Assembly: GCA_036389375.1 (NCBI GenBank)
Contig: DASVQA010000076.1
Location: 2,669 to 66,668 of the forward strand
DNA: 64,000 nucleotides
Direction of reading: 5' to 3'
DNA from: Pyrinomonadaceae bacterium
GTDB lineage: Bacteria > Acidobacteriota > Blastocatellia > Pyrinomonadales > Pyrinomonadaceae
Shown here: positions 27,435-37,190 of the stretch, piece by piece
Position numbering within the stretch: the stretch's first letter is position 1
Layout of the letters: each line of letters starts with the position of its first letter
Made by a program: the position numbers and the translations under genes
The notes under the pieces: generated by a model
What the model was told of the DNA's origin: nothing
What the model saw: only the letters and a program-made list of their open reading frames with translations
The model's database searches: none

Positions 27435-28895
27435 TCACTGGCCGATCAAATCCTGCTCCGTCAGTTTCGCCTGCGCCTGCGATTCCTCGGAGAGCATGGC
27501 TAGGCCAACGTGCGGCTTGCCCTGTATGTAGGTCGTCACGTAGCGGTTGATGTCTGCGCGCCCCGTGCGGCGCAGGTTGCCGAGATAGCCGCGAAAGTAG
27601 TCAAGACCAGTCGAAGCCCACCAGAAGCCGATGGTGTGCGTGTAGTCGGTCAGCTTCTCGCGCGAGAAGAGATCGTCGGCTTCGACCAGACCCTTCGAGT
27701 TCTCCAACTCCTGATCGGTGAAATAGCCGGGGTCGTTGAAGTGCGCGATCTCTTTGTAGATGGCGGCGAGCGCCGCCTTTGCTTTGTCGGGCGTGGTCTG
27801 CGCGACGAGTTGGATGGGGCCCGTATTGCGCTGCGTGTAGTAGAGCAGATCGACGCCGGTGACGAGACCGGAATCGACGAGCGCGCGCTGGAAGTGCGAG
27901 TCGGGCTGGCGCAGGATAAAGGAGAACACGTCCGCTGCGTAGGTCGCCGGATTGTCCTTGCCGATGGAGGGGCCGTGCCAGCCGAGCATGATGATGACGT
28001 TGCCGACCGGCTGCTTCATCACCACGCCCTGACTCTTCGGCAGCGCCGGGTGCTCGACCAAGGGGAATTTCTTGAACGGGTCTTCGGTGCGCGCCCAATC
28101 GCCGAAGAGTTCCTCCGCAACCTTGTAAACCTCTTCTGGCTGCGCGTCGCCCGTGACGATGAGCGCCGAGTTGTTCGGCACGTAATAGCGCGACTGTATG
28201 AGGCGCATCGTGTCGGTCGTCGCGGCTTTCACCGTCTCGCGGTTGCCGATGGGATTCTTGCGGCTGGGATACTTGTAAAAGAGCCGGTTGATCATCTCCT
28301 GATTGAGAAAGAAACCGGGGTTCGACTCCTGCCGGTCGATCTCGCCTAAGACGGCTTGTCGCTCCTGCTCGAACTGCCCCGCTTCAAAGAGCGGACAGCG
28401 CGCCGAGTCGCGCAAAGAGAGCATGGCGGCGCGCAGGTTCGGGCTGGTCGTGTGCGAGTAGTAGTTGACGATCTCTTCGCGCGTCGAAGCGTTTGAGAGG
28501 ATGCCGAGTTGATCTATCTCGCGCAGGTACGATGCGTTCTTGATCAGGGCGCAGTTGGCCTTGAAGAACATATGCTCGTAGAGGTGCGACAGCCCGTTTA
28601 GCTCGGGCGGCTCGGTGAACGAACCGTTCTTGACGGCCAACTCAATCGTGATGAGTGGGATCGAGTGATCTTCCAGCACGATCACTTCCAACCCGTTCGC
28701 CAGAATCTTGTTGGCGAGTTGCGAGGCCGCTTGCGGGAGCGGCTTTGCTTGCGCGGCGGCCGGCGCGGCGGTCTGGGCCGGGGCGCTGACACGCTGCGTC
28801 TGGGCGAGCGTAGCGACGGGCCAGCCCAACGAGAGCAGGAGCGAAAGAGCGAGCGCCGGTGCGGCAAGACGGCGCAGCAAAGATGTGTGCTTCAT
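27435..28895 (-). CDS. M16-family zinc peptidase (pitrilysin/insulinase type)
   Basis: Signal peptide; GLSHLYEHMFFKAN (HxxEH) and downstream E-rich motif. Confidence 0.85.
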   Translation of the reverse strand: MKHTSLLRRLAAPALALSLLLSLGWPVATLAQTQRVSAPAQTAAPAAAQAKPLPQAASQLANKILANGLEVIVLEDHSIPLITIELAVKNGSFTEPPELNGLSHLYEHMFFKANCALIKNASYLREIDQLGILSNASTREEIVNYYSHTTSPNLRAAMLSLRDSARCPLFEAGQFEQERQAVLGEIDRQESNPGFFLNQEMINRLFYKYPSRKNPIGNRETVKAATTDTMRLIQSRYYVPNNSALIVTGDAQPEEVYKVAEELFGDWARTEDPFKKFPLVEHPALPKSQGVVMKQPVGNVIIMLGWHGPSIGKDNPATYAADVFSFILRQPDSHFQRALVDSGLVTGVDLLYYTQRNTGPIQLVAQTTPDKAKAALAAIYKEIAHFNDPGYFTDQELENSKGLVEADDLFSREKLTDYTHTIGFWWASTGLDYFRGYLGNLRRTGRADINRYVTTYIQGKPHVGLAMLSEESQAQAKLTEQDLIGQ

Positions 28896-29083
28896 AGATA
28901 CTCGGCTCGAATGATGTCAGTTAGCAGAATCGTCCGCGCTTGAGCGGGCGGTCGCAGTAAAGCTGAAACCAGCCGACTACCGAGCGTTCAGATTCGCACC
29001 ATTTAGAGGCAAGCATAACACGGCGCGTTGCTCGCCTCACAACACGTCAGGGGCAGGAAGGCAGGCAATTTCAGACGTGACGG

Positions 29084-29188
29084 AAAAAAAATAAACCACG
29101 CAGCCACGCGAAAGCCGAGCATGAAGCATGAGGGCGAAACAGTTCGCGGCCTTACTTCATCGCGCTTTCGTGTGGCTGCGTGTGGTTT
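29084..29188 (-). terminator. Long compound hairpin terminator downstream of the kinase gene
   Basis: Arms 29093-29115 and 29164-29188 pair in 7+8+7 bp blocks, with inner helices ATGAAG/CTTCAT and GCGAA/TTCGC. On the minus strand it is followed by TTTATTTTTTTT (29084-29092). Confidence 0.65.
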
Positions 29189-29201
29189 AAGTTTTCGCTT
29201 G

Positions 29202-30824
29202 TCACGACTTCACGCGCGGCATGTCGGCGAGCGCGCGGGCGCGCATGGTGGCGCGGAAGGCCTTGGCGCGTTCGCCGCCTGCGTTTGCCGACCACTTGAC
29301 GCGCACCGCGCGGGACTCGCGCCCGTCCGCGCCGACGCGCATGCTGTAGGTCTGGCGCGCGCGCGGAACGTAGAGCACGAGGCGGCGGCTGAAGGCATCG
29401 TTGCGCGCGTCCGTGCCGGTGCAGAGTATCTCCTCATAGCCGTCGCCGTCTGCATCCACCACTTCGGTCGTCCAGTTCGCGCCGCGAAAATCTTCCACGT
29501 CGAGCGGCGCGCGCCCCGTCACACGATAGCCGCCGTTTGCGCCGCGCGCTTCCAGCATGAAGAGGTGCGAAGTGCCGTCGCGGCGTTCGTCGTGCAGGGC
29601 GACGACGGCCGGGCCGTTCTCCGTCCGCACGATGCGCGCCTCGCTCACTTTGCCGTGCTGCACGACGGACGCCGCGAGTTGGCGCGCGCCCTGTTCGGTA
29701 AGCGGCGGCGGGCTGGCAAGAGCAATGGGGCGCGCTTTGCGTGCCGCATCGTCGTTGACTGAGACGGTGGTTGGCGACGCGTCGGCGGCCGTGTTGGCAC
29801 TGAGCGCAGCGGCGTGCGCGCCATTAGTCACGGCGGACTCCGCGCTGTGCGCCCAGACGAGCCATGCGCCGCCGAGCGCGGCCAGCAGCGTGGCGGCGGC
29901 GATCATGCGCGACGCGAGCGAGGCGCGGCGGTTCACCGTTGCAAGCGTGCCAGCGAAGGGCGGCGCGACGACTTCCGGCGCGGGCGTGTAGAGACTGTGT
30001 GCGAGCAGACGGCGCGCGTCCTGTGCAGATTTGGGCCGGTCGCTCGGACTCTTGGCCAAGAGCGAATGCACGACGAGCGCGAGCCGGCGCGGCAGGTCGT
30101 GGCACTGCGCGACGAGCGGCGGCGGCGGAGTGGTCGCCTGTTTGATGAGCACGGCCGATTGCAGTTGATCCGTGAAGGGGGGGCGACCCGCCAGCATTTC
30201 ATAGAGCAGCACGCCGACGCTGTAGAGGTCGCTCGCCAGTCCGACGGGCTGACCGAGACACTGTTCGGGCGACATGTAACGCGGCGTGCCGATGATGAGA
30301 CCAGACTCGGTCGTCGCGTGGGTCTTGGTCACGTCGGCGGCGGCGGTCAGCACTTTGGCGATGCCGAAATCCAGCAGACAGACGCCGCGCCCGGTGAGCA
30401 TGATGTTGGACGGCTTGAGGTCGCGGTGGACGATGCCGAGCGCGTGCGCTTCCGCCAACACGTCGCAGATGGCGCAGGCGATCTCGACGGCGCGCTGCGG
30501 CGCGAGTCGCTCCTGTTTCGTCAGCGCGTCGGCGAGCGTCTCGCCCTCGACGTACTCCATGACGATGAAGGGCCGGCCGTCGGGCAGGCGGCCTGCGTCG
30601 AAGATCATGGCCGCGCCCGTGTGCCTGAGACGCGCCATCGTGCGCGCCTCGCGCATGAAGCGGTCGCCGACTTCCGGGTCGGCGGCAAACTCCGGCTTCA
30701 GGACTTTGATGGCGACAGGGCGTTCGAGGCCGAGGTGTGTGGCGCGGTAAACCGTGCCCATGCCGCCCCGCCCGATCTCGCGTTCGACGCGGAAGCGGTT
30801 GGCAATCAGATGGGGGATGCTCAT
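29202..30824 (-). CDS. Ser/Thr protein kinase with TM segment and extracytoplasmic C-terminal domain
   Basis: MSIPHLIANRFRVEREIGRGGMGTVYRA...AIKVL...HRDLKPSNIM...DFGIAK...GTPRYMSPEQ. The C-terminus contains VDADGDGYEE (FG-GAP-like). Confidence 0.9.
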   Translation of the reverse strand: MSIPHLIANRFRVEREIGRGGMGTVYRATHLGLERPVAIKVLKPEFAADPEVGDRFMREARTMARLRHTGAAMIFDAGRLPDGRPFIVMEYVEGETLADALTKQERLAPQRAVEIACAICDVLAEAHALGIVHRDLKPSNIMLTGRGVCLLDFGIAKVLTAAADVTKTHATTESGLIIGTPRYMSPEQCLGQPVGLASDLYSVGVLLYEMLAGRPPFTDQLQSAVLIKQATTPPPPLVAQCHDLPRRLALVVHSLLAKSPSDRPKSAQDARRLLAHSLYTPAPEVVAPPFAGTLATVNRRASLASRMIAAATLLAALGGAWLVWAHSAESAVTNGAHAAALSANTAADASPTTVSVNDDAARKARPIALASPPPLTEQGARQLAASVVQHGKVSEARIVRTENGPAVVALHDERRDGTSHLFMLEARGANGGYRVTGRAPLDVEDFRGANWTTEVVDADGDGYEEILCTGTDARNDAFSRRLVLYVPRARQTYSMRVGADGRESRAVRVKWSANAGGERAKAFRATMRARALADMPRVKS

Positions 30825-31048
30825 GTTGAAACCCTCTGTTGGGGAAGGGTCTCGGACAGCCCGGACGACGCGCATGGACGCGAGGGAGGTGGCAACGGAC
30901 GACAAAACGCTCGCCGGGCGGCGAGAGGTCTTCAGTTAAATTGTTTCACGAGACAAGGGAGAAACAGACGTAAACTTTTACGGCTGCCGGGCTGGCACGG
31001 AGTGTAGCACCAAGCGCGCGAAAAGGTAAGAGCGAGCAGGGCGGTTCT

Positions 31049-31531
31049 TCAATGCCCGCCGAGCGCCAGCAGCCAGTGGGCGAACAGGACGAAGAAGAAG
31101 AGTGCGGCGTAGACGGTCGCACCAACTTGGGTGCGGCGGCGCAGGCGCGCGGCCCTATGCGGCGCTGAGAGCGCCACGCCGATGAGCGCGCAGCCGAGCG
31201 TCAACAGTCCGAACACAAGCACGGGCCCCGCCGGGTTCACTTGCAGCGCCGAACTTAATTGACCTTGCAGCGCGAGCAGCGTGCTGCGCGTCAAGCCGCA
31301 GAACGGGCACGGCACGCCGAACTGCTGGCGAAACCAGCAGCCCCAAGCGAGCGCGTGCCCGGCGAACTTGACCGAGTTGAGATCGGCGAAGACGACGAGG
31401 CGCGCGAGTGCAAGCGCCGCGACGAGCGTAGCGCCGAAGCCGCCGGGCACGACGCCGGGCCGGTTAAGCCATAGACCGAACCGGCCACCGCGCCTGCGTC
31501 GTGCGCCGTAGTTGTCGAGTAATGCGCTCAC
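31049..31531 (-). CDS. DUF2752-like membrane protein
   Basis: CPFCGLTRS motif with flanking TM segments. Overlaps the upstream RDD gene by 4 nt. Confidence 0.65.
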   Translation of the reverse strand: MSALLDNYGARRRRGGRFGLWLNRPGVVPGGFGATLVAALALARLVVFADLNSVKFAGHALAWGCWFRQQFGVPCPFCGLTRSTLLALQGQLSSALQVNPAGPVLVFGLLTLGCALIGVALSAPHRAARLRRRTQVGATVYAALFFFVLFAHWLLALGGH

Positions 31532-32256
31532 GCGTTCTTGATGACGAAGGTGCTGGCCGCTTTGTCGTGGATAGTCTGCTTCTTCTCGTCCCAGAGGGGA
31601 AAGAGCAGGTCAACGATCACGAGCACCGAGCCGACCATCGGCACAAGCCCCAGACCGCTCTGCACCACGAGACGCAGAATCAGCGTGCCGATGGACGGGA
31701 TGTTGCCGCCCGCGTCCACGACCTTGAGGTGCTGCGTGTTCTGCCCGATGGACGCGCCGCGTTTGCTGACGAGGTACACCTTGTTGTAGATGCCGAAGCC
31801 GAAGACGGACAGGAAGGTGATGAACGTGCCGAAACAGATGATGCCGCCGGGCAGCGGGTTGTTATCACCGCCGACCGCACCCGCGCCGCCCGCCAGCACC
31901 ATGAAAATGATGAGCAGCACGATGCCGATGCCGATGCTGATGCCGTAGTCGATCAATGCGCCAACGGCGCGGTCGCCCCACTGCGCGTAGTTCATGGCCG
32001 CGCCGTAGGTCGGCGCAGGCGTGGCGTAGCCGTAGGCGACGGGGGGCGGCGGCGGCGTCTGGAAAGTCGGATTGGGGGGCGGTGGCGGAGCGTAAGGGCT
32101 GCCCTGCGGTGCGCTGCTGCTGCCGATTGGGGGCGCGTTTAGGTCTTCGGTCGGCGTGCGCCAAGCGCCGGGCGCGGGCGCGAGCGCCGCGCCACACTGG
32201 ACGCAGAATTTAGTGCCGTCAACATTGTTCGTGCCACAAGATGCGCAAATGGCCAT
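31528..32256 (-). CDS. Zinc-ribbon plus RDD-family membrane protein
   Basis: MAICASCGTNNVDGTKFCVQCGAAL zinc ribbon, Pro-rich linker, then an RDD-type TM domain (WGDRAVGALIDYGI...). Confidence 0.7.
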   Translation of the reverse strand: MAICASCGTNNVDGTKFCVQCGAALAPAPGAWRTPTEDLNAPPIGSSSAPQGSPYAPPPPPNPTFQTPPPPPVAYGYATPAPTYGAAMNYAQWGDRAVGALIDYGISIGIGIVLLIIFMVLAGGAGAVGGDNNPLPGGIICFGTFITFLSVFGFGIYNKVYLVSKRGASIGQNTQHLKVVDAGGNIPSIGTLILRLVVQSGLGLVPMVGSVLVIVDLLFPLWDEKKQTIHDKAASTFVIKNA

Positions 32257-32299
32257 GTGCTTCTCCTTCGAGGGGGTTGATTGCTGTCGTGCGATTTAT

Positions 32300-33136
32300 T
32301 CAAGCGACGGCGGGCAGCCAGAAAGTCTGTCCGTCGGCGACGAGGCGGCGCAAGCCCAGAGCGGGCAACTCTTTCTCATGAACACCGAGAAAAGTAAAGT
32401 GCGGCAGGTCGCTCTGCACGGTTTGAAACCAGCCGTGCCGCGCTAATGTAGCGCGCGCCTGCGCGTTCGTAAACTCGGCCACGTCGAATGCGATCAAAGC
32501 CAGATGCTGCGACGCGCCGGGCGCAGCCACCGAGTAGAGAATAGATTTAGAAAAATCCTTGCTGCAAAACAGCCCGCGTGCTTCGAGCGCAAGCACGGCC
32601 GCGATCTGTTCAGCCGGTGCCAGCGCGCGCACGCGTGCCGCTTCCGCCGCCGGCAGGCATTCCGCCAGCAGCCAGTGGTCGAGCGCCGGTTCGACGCGTG
32701 AAGCCCACAGTCGCAGCGTGTCGGCGTAGGTGCGACGGGCCGCCTCTGCACCGCCGCGCGGCGTCAGATTAAAGCCCGCCGCCTGCGCTTGCGCGCGGGC
32801 GGCGACGAGGGCGGTGAGCGCCGCCGGTTGCAGTTCGATGATTGTGTCGCCAAACACCTCGGCGCGCAGTTCGGTCGCCGCTTGAAACGCTTCGACCTCG
32901 GCGGCGCTGCGAAACACGCAGGTGGGCGGCACGCGCACGCTCGCAGCCGCCAGAAACATCGCGCCGTACTCCGTCAGCAGTCGCCGCGCGACCGGATCGT
33001 GCAGGTCGCAGATCTCCGCGACCGTCATGCCGCGCGCAGCGAGCGCGCGCGTGAGCGCGGCGTAGAAGGGCGAGGCCATAAAAGCTTGTGCGCCTCCGGT
33101 ATCTGCTGTTGTGCTCGCGTGGTTGCTGTCGCGCAT
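32300..33136 (-). CDS. Possible M15 (VanY/LAS-type) D-Ala-D-Ala carboxypeptidase-like protein
   Basis: PGASQHLALIAFDV resembles the SxHxxGxAxD motif, and HGWFQTVQSDLPHFTFLG resembles the terminal GF...E.WH motif. No signal peptide; start uncertain. Confidence 0.45.
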   Translation of the reverse strand: MRDSNHASTTADTGGAQAFMASPFYAALTRALAARGMTVAEICDLHDPVARRLLTEYGAMFLAAASVRVPPTCVFRSAAEVEAFQAATELRAEVFGDTIIELQPAALTALVAARAQAQAAGFNLTPRGGAEAARRTYADTLRLWASRVEPALDHWLLAECLPAAEAARVRALAPAEQIAAVLALEARGLFCSKDFSKSILYSVAAPGASQHLALIAFDVAEFTNAQARATLARHGWFQTVQSDLPHFTFLGVHEKELPALGLRRLVADGQTFWLPAVA

Positions 33137-33255
33137 GCGGCTCGTCGTGACCCTGCGCGGACGCCCGGAGGCGGTCGGCGTGCAGTCCGTTTTGCGTTAT
33201 GCTAACAGGAGTTGGCAGTGAACGGAAGAAGGTTGCGGGGACACGCGAGGGCGTA

Positions 33256-33630
33256 ATGGAGCAACTGGCACAATTTCGCGCGACGCTGGCGACCTACCGC
33301 AAGCACGGCTGGCAACTCCGGCGCGTGCTGATGCGCCCCGACACGCTCGCGGCGCTGCAACAGACGAACGGCGACGAGGCGTCGGCCACGCCGCGCTTTG
33401 AAGACGTGGGCGTGCAGCCTGCCGCCTTCGACGCCATGTGGCTTGCGCGCCCCTCGCACGCCGGGCGCGAAGCGTGGGAGTTGCGGCTCATAGCCGAGCC
33501 GCCTTATGCGCTCTTTGAGTTGTTTGAACCGGACGAGGCGGAAGAAGACCGCGCAGACGTGCGCCGCGAGATGGAAGCAAGGCTCAGAGAAATGGTGAGC
33601 GGTGAAGGCGAGCCGGCGCACGATGAATGA
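33256..33630 (+). CDS. Hypothetical protein
   Basis: ATG 33256, MEQLAQFRATLATYRKHGWQLRRVLM..., acidic C-terminus. No family recognised. Confidence 0.5.
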   Translation: MEQLAQFRATLATYRKHGWQLRRVLMRPDTLAALQQTNGDEASATPRFEDVGVQPAAFDAMWLARPSHAGREAWELRLIAEPPYALFELFEPDEAEEDRADVRREMEARLREMVSGEGEPAHDE

Positions 33631-33689
33631 ACGATGAAGGAGAACCGGCCTCTCCGCAGTCTATCGTTCGGCGCGCACGCTCGTCCCTT

Positions 33690-34730
33690 TTATCTCCGGC
33701 CCATCTTGACGGGAATCACCATGCGCTGACCGGCACGCATAACGGCGACGTTCACGGTCTGACCGGGCGCAGCGCGATGGATGCGCGCTTCAAATTCGGC
33801 TGTGGTGCGAATCGGCGTGCCGTTGAACTCGACGACGATGTCGCCCTCTTGCAGTCCGGCCAGATCGGCCGGGCGGTTGGTGATGACTTCGCCTAGCTCG
33901 ACGCCGTGCAGGTTCGTGCCCGGCACAGGCACGCGCTCGAAATTGTCCACGCCAAGAAAGCCTTCGGGGCCGCCGCCCGGATTCATCAGCGAGCGACTGT
34001 CCGGGTTGAAATCGGCCGGTGAAGCGGTGGTGAGCGTCGTCACCTTCGGCTCGCCGTCGCGCAGGAAGGCAAGCTCGACCGCCTTGCCGATGGGCGTCGC
34101 GCGCAGCAGACGCGCCATGTCGGCTTCGTCCTTGGGATGTTTGCCGTCGAAGGCGGTGATGATGTCGCCGCCGACGAGACCGGCCCGCTCGGCCGGGCCG
34201 TTCGGGATCACCACATCCAGCATCACACCATCCTCGACGCCGACGAATCCGCGCGTGCCGAAGAACGAACGCGGCCCGAGCACGTTCGACGACGGCGTGT
34301 TAATCCCCAGTATGGTACGCACGTTCTGCCTGAACCTGTCGCGCAGGAAAGGCCGGCTGCGCAGCCATGTGCCGCCAAACGCCGAGGTGAGCAGGATGAA
34401 CATCAGCGGCCACATGAGCCAGTTTGAGCGCCCGCCGCAAAACGAGCGCGCGCGGCGCGGCATGGCGCTGGGCGCAAGCGTGGTGGTCGGCGGCGCGGGC
34501 GCTTGCGCCATCGTCTGCGGCGTGGGTGTGACCGCGACGGGCAGCGTGCCGTCAAAGCGCATCGTCTCAACGTACTCGGCGATGCCTTCGCCAAGCCGGT
34601 AGCCGCACGTGCGACAGAAGCGCATGCCGCGCAGCAGCCCGGCATGACAGTTTGGGCAGGAGAGTGTCTCGACGGCGAACGGGCGGGCAGTTTTGTTCGC
34701 GTCTGCCTGTTGATTGGTCTCCATGAGCAT
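33690..34730 (-). CDS. Zinc-ribbon membrane protein with two PDZ domains
   Basis: CPNCHAGLLRGMRFCRTCG, then a TM segment, then two PDZ-like segments (GPAERAGLVGGDIITAFDG..., RPADLAGLQEGDIVVEFNG...). Confidence 0.75.
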   Translation of the reverse strand: MLMETNQQADANKTARPFAVETLSCPNCHAGLLRGMRFCRTCGYRLGEGIAEYVETMRFDGTLPVAVTPTPQTMAQAPAPPTTTLAPSAMPRRARSFCGGRSNWLMWPLMFILLTSAFGGTWLRSRPFLRDRFRQNVRTILGINTPSSNVLGPRSFFGTRGFVGVEDGVMLDVVIPNGPAERAGLVGGDIITAFDGKHPKDEADMARLLRATPIGKAVELAFLRDGEPKVTTLTTASPADFNPDSRSLMNPGGGPEGFLGVDNFERVPVPGTNLHGVELGEVITNRPADLAGLQEGDIVVEFNGTPIRTTAEFEARIHRAAPGQTVNVAVMRAGQRMVIPVKMGRR

Positions 34731-34999
34731 GTACCTTAAGATTGGTCGGGCGTTTGCCTACGAGGGCACTGCATCCGAGTTACCGGCGCGTCACAAAACT
34801 ATTACGCGTGCCGGGACGCGCCGGTTGCACATTGTTATGCCGCAGCATAAACTTTACACCTGAACGAGTAACGAAAGCACGCGCGCGGGCAACGGAAGCG
34901 ACCAGAACGTGTCCTTAAAGAACAGTCCAAGCGCAAGGCTGAAAACGCCCGGGCGCGTCTGCGCCGCCAGAAGTTTGCAAGCGAAAGGTAAACCCGACC

Positions 35000-35218
35000 G
35001 TGGAAGTAGTCAAAGCACTCGCCGCCCTGAAGCCGCTCTACGGCAAGGACAACGTAGAGGTTGTGACCGAAGACGGGCAGCGCGTGCGCGGGCTTGTCAA
35101 GAGCATGCGCCAAACGCAGGCGCTCACCAAGCCCAGCGTCAAGATTCAACGCGCCGACGGCGAGATCATCAAGATCGCCTTCGACTCCATCGCCGAAATC
35201 ATTGATCATAATCAATAA
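35000..35218 (+). CDS. Small hypothetical protein (72 aa)
   Basis: GTG start with plausible codon usage. No family recognised. Confidence 0.35.
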   Translation: MEVVKALAALKPLYGKDNVEVVTEDGQRVRGLVKSMRQTQALTKPSVKIQRADGEIIKIAFDSIAEIIDHNQ

Positions 35219-35340
35219 CGGAGTCCGCAGCGTCCAGCGAGTCAAAAAGCAGTTGTCCTTTGACTCTCTGGACTCTCCCGACTTGTTTTAACTATAGTAC
35301 ACATCATGCGAGCGCGCGCTTTCGCCTCGCATGTGGTGCG

Positions 35341-35982
35341 ATGGAGAAAAGCTCGAACATGACGATGGAAGAGTTGGGCGGGCGCGTGGCGAGCGTGTGG
35401 GCGGGCTTGCGGCCGGCGACGCGCAACCTCGTCGAGCGCGCACTGCAACAGCAGTCGCCACCCGCCGCACCCGTCGCGCGCACCACCGCCGCCTACGACG
35501 CGCGCGCCGAATGGGAGTTGAGCCGTCTGCTCGCCGCGCTGGATGAGCGCGTGCGCGAACAGAGCGCGATCTCTATGAGTCTCGAACAGACGCGGGAACT
35601 GGGGCGCGTCGCGGAGGCTTGCGCGCTCGTCCTGCATCACGAGGCGCGCTCGGCCGAAGTCTTCGCGCAACTCTTCGAGCGCGCCCTGCGCGCACATGAT
35701 TATCGCCGCGTGGACACAATCGCCGACACGCTCGCGCCGCGTCTGCCGCCAAGCGAAATTTGCGAACTCGCGCGCCACGCCAACCCGGCCGTGCGCGCGC
35801 TCGCCAACGAGGCGCTGGCGCAAGCGCCGACCTCGACGCTCGTTGACCTGCTAGGCGATCCGGTGGACGCAGAAGTGGCGCGCGACGCGCTCGCCGCGCA
35901 AGCCGACGATTACGGCTCGGACGAAGCGCGCTGGCTGCTCAATGCGCTCGAACGCGCCGACGAACTCGAAGACGACGAATAA
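35341..35982 (+). CDS. Hypothetical helical (HEAT-like) protein
   Basis: ATG 35341 MEKSSNMTMEELGG...; ...ARHANPAVRALANEAL... HEAT-like segment; acidic tail. Confidence 0.5.
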   Translation: MEKSSNMTMEELGGRVASVWAGLRPATRNLVERALQQQSPPAAPVARTTAAYDARAEWELSRLLAALDERVREQSAISMSLEQTRELGRVAEACALVLHHEARSAEVFAQLFERALRAHDYRRVDTIADTLAPRLPPSEICELARHANPAVRALANEALAQAPTSTLVDLLGDPVDAEVARDALAAQADDYGSDEARWLLNALERADELEDDE

Positions 35983-36038
35983 AAAAAGCCGCTCAAACCT
36001 GAGCGGCTTTTCACTTTCATCCGGCAAACTGTTCGCCT

Positions 36039-36893
36039 TCAACTCTGCGCTGCCGCGCCGATCTCGCGCAGGCGTGCGAGCGTCTGCTCGATCAGCCAGT
36101 TCGGCGTCGAAGCGCCGGCGGTCACACCGACGCGCGCCACGCCGCGCAAATCCGCCGCGTCAATCTCGTCGGGTGTCTCGATCAGAAAACTGCGCGCGCA
36201 CTGTTCCTTGCAGACCGAAAGCAGCTTGATGCTGTTTGACGAATGCTTGCCGCCGATCACGTAGAACGCGTCCACATGCCCGGCGAGCGCGCGGGCCGCG
36301 TCCTGCCGGTCGCGTGTGGCCGAACAGATGGTGTTGACGATCTGCGGTTCGCTGTCGGCCTTGAGGCGCACGGCGTCGGCGGCTTCCAGAAACGTGCTCA
36401 ACTTGATCGTTGTCTGCGAAACGACCAGCGGCGCGTGCAGCTTGGGCAGGCCCGCCACTTCGCTCGCGTCGCGGACGACGTGTGCATTGTTGGGTGCGTA
36501 GCCTTTGACGCCGATCATCTCCGGATGGTCTGGATTGCCGACCACGACCACGTCGCGCCCCTCGTGGGCGGCGCGCTCGGCAAGCTTCTGCACCTTCGTG
36601 ACGAACGGGCACGTCGCATCAATGACACGCTCGGCGCGCGCTTCCAACTCGCGCTGCACTTCAGGCGTCACGCCATGCGCGCGGATGACGGCGGTGATGC
36701 CTGTCTCCACCTCTGCGGGCGCGTTGATGGTCGCCACGCCTTCGGCTTCGAGTCGCCCGATCTCCTGCGTGTTGTGGATGAGCGGCCCCAGCGTGCGCAC
36801 CTTTGCGCCGTCTTGGAGTGCTTCTTCAACCATCTCGACGGCGCGCTCGACGCCGAAGCAGAAGCCGTATTCCTCAGCTAAGAGAACCTGCAT
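36039..36893 (-). CDS. ispH: 4-hydroxy-3-methylbut-2-enyl diphosphate reductase
   Basis: MQVLLAEEYGFCFGVERAV...GPLIHN...TCPFVTKV...NTICSAT...VIGGKHSSN. Confidence 0.95.
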   Translation of the reverse strand: MQVLLAEEYGFCFGVERAVEMVEEALQDGAKVRTLGPLIHNTQEIGRLEAEGVATINAPAEVETGITAVIRAHGVTPEVQRELEARAERVIDATCPFVTKVQKLAERAAHEGRDVVVVGNPDHPEMIGVKGYAPNNAHVVRDASEVAGLPKLHAPLVVSQTTIKLSTFLEAADAVRLKADSEPQIVNTICSATRDRQDAARALAGHVDAFYVIGGKHSSNSIKLLSVCKEQCARSFLIETPDEIDAADLRGVARVGVTAGASTPNWLIEQTLARLREIGAAAQS

Positions 36894-36911
36894 AAGTTTT
36901 ACGCGAACTGT

Positions 36912-37190
36912 TTAGACCGTGCCCGGCGGTTGATCCGTTACGTGCGGCGTGGGCGTGCGTCGCCGGGCCCACTCTGCGCGCAAGCGGTCGCCGCCTGCCA
37001 CGGCCTGCTCGATCCAGTCAATGTTCTTGTCGGCGAACCAGCCGACCGCGCCCCAGAAGTTCTTCTGCAACTCGCCGAGCCGGTGTGCCGCATCCTGCGG
37101 CAGGATCGCGTAGGACGCTTCGCAGAATTGGCGCAGCGCGTCGCAAATGGAAGCGCAGGAACGATTCGGTGTCTGGTTTGTGTTATCCAT
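36912..37190 (-). CDS. Hypothetical small protein
   Basis: MDNTNQTPNRSCASICDALRQFCEASY... with a GAGGAG Shine-Dalgarno. No family recognised. Confidence 0.45.
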   Translation of the reverse strand: MDNTNQTPNRSCASICDALRQFCEASYAILPQDAAHRLGELQKNFWGAVGWFADKNIDWIEQAVAGGDRLRAEWARRRTPTPHVTDQPPGTV

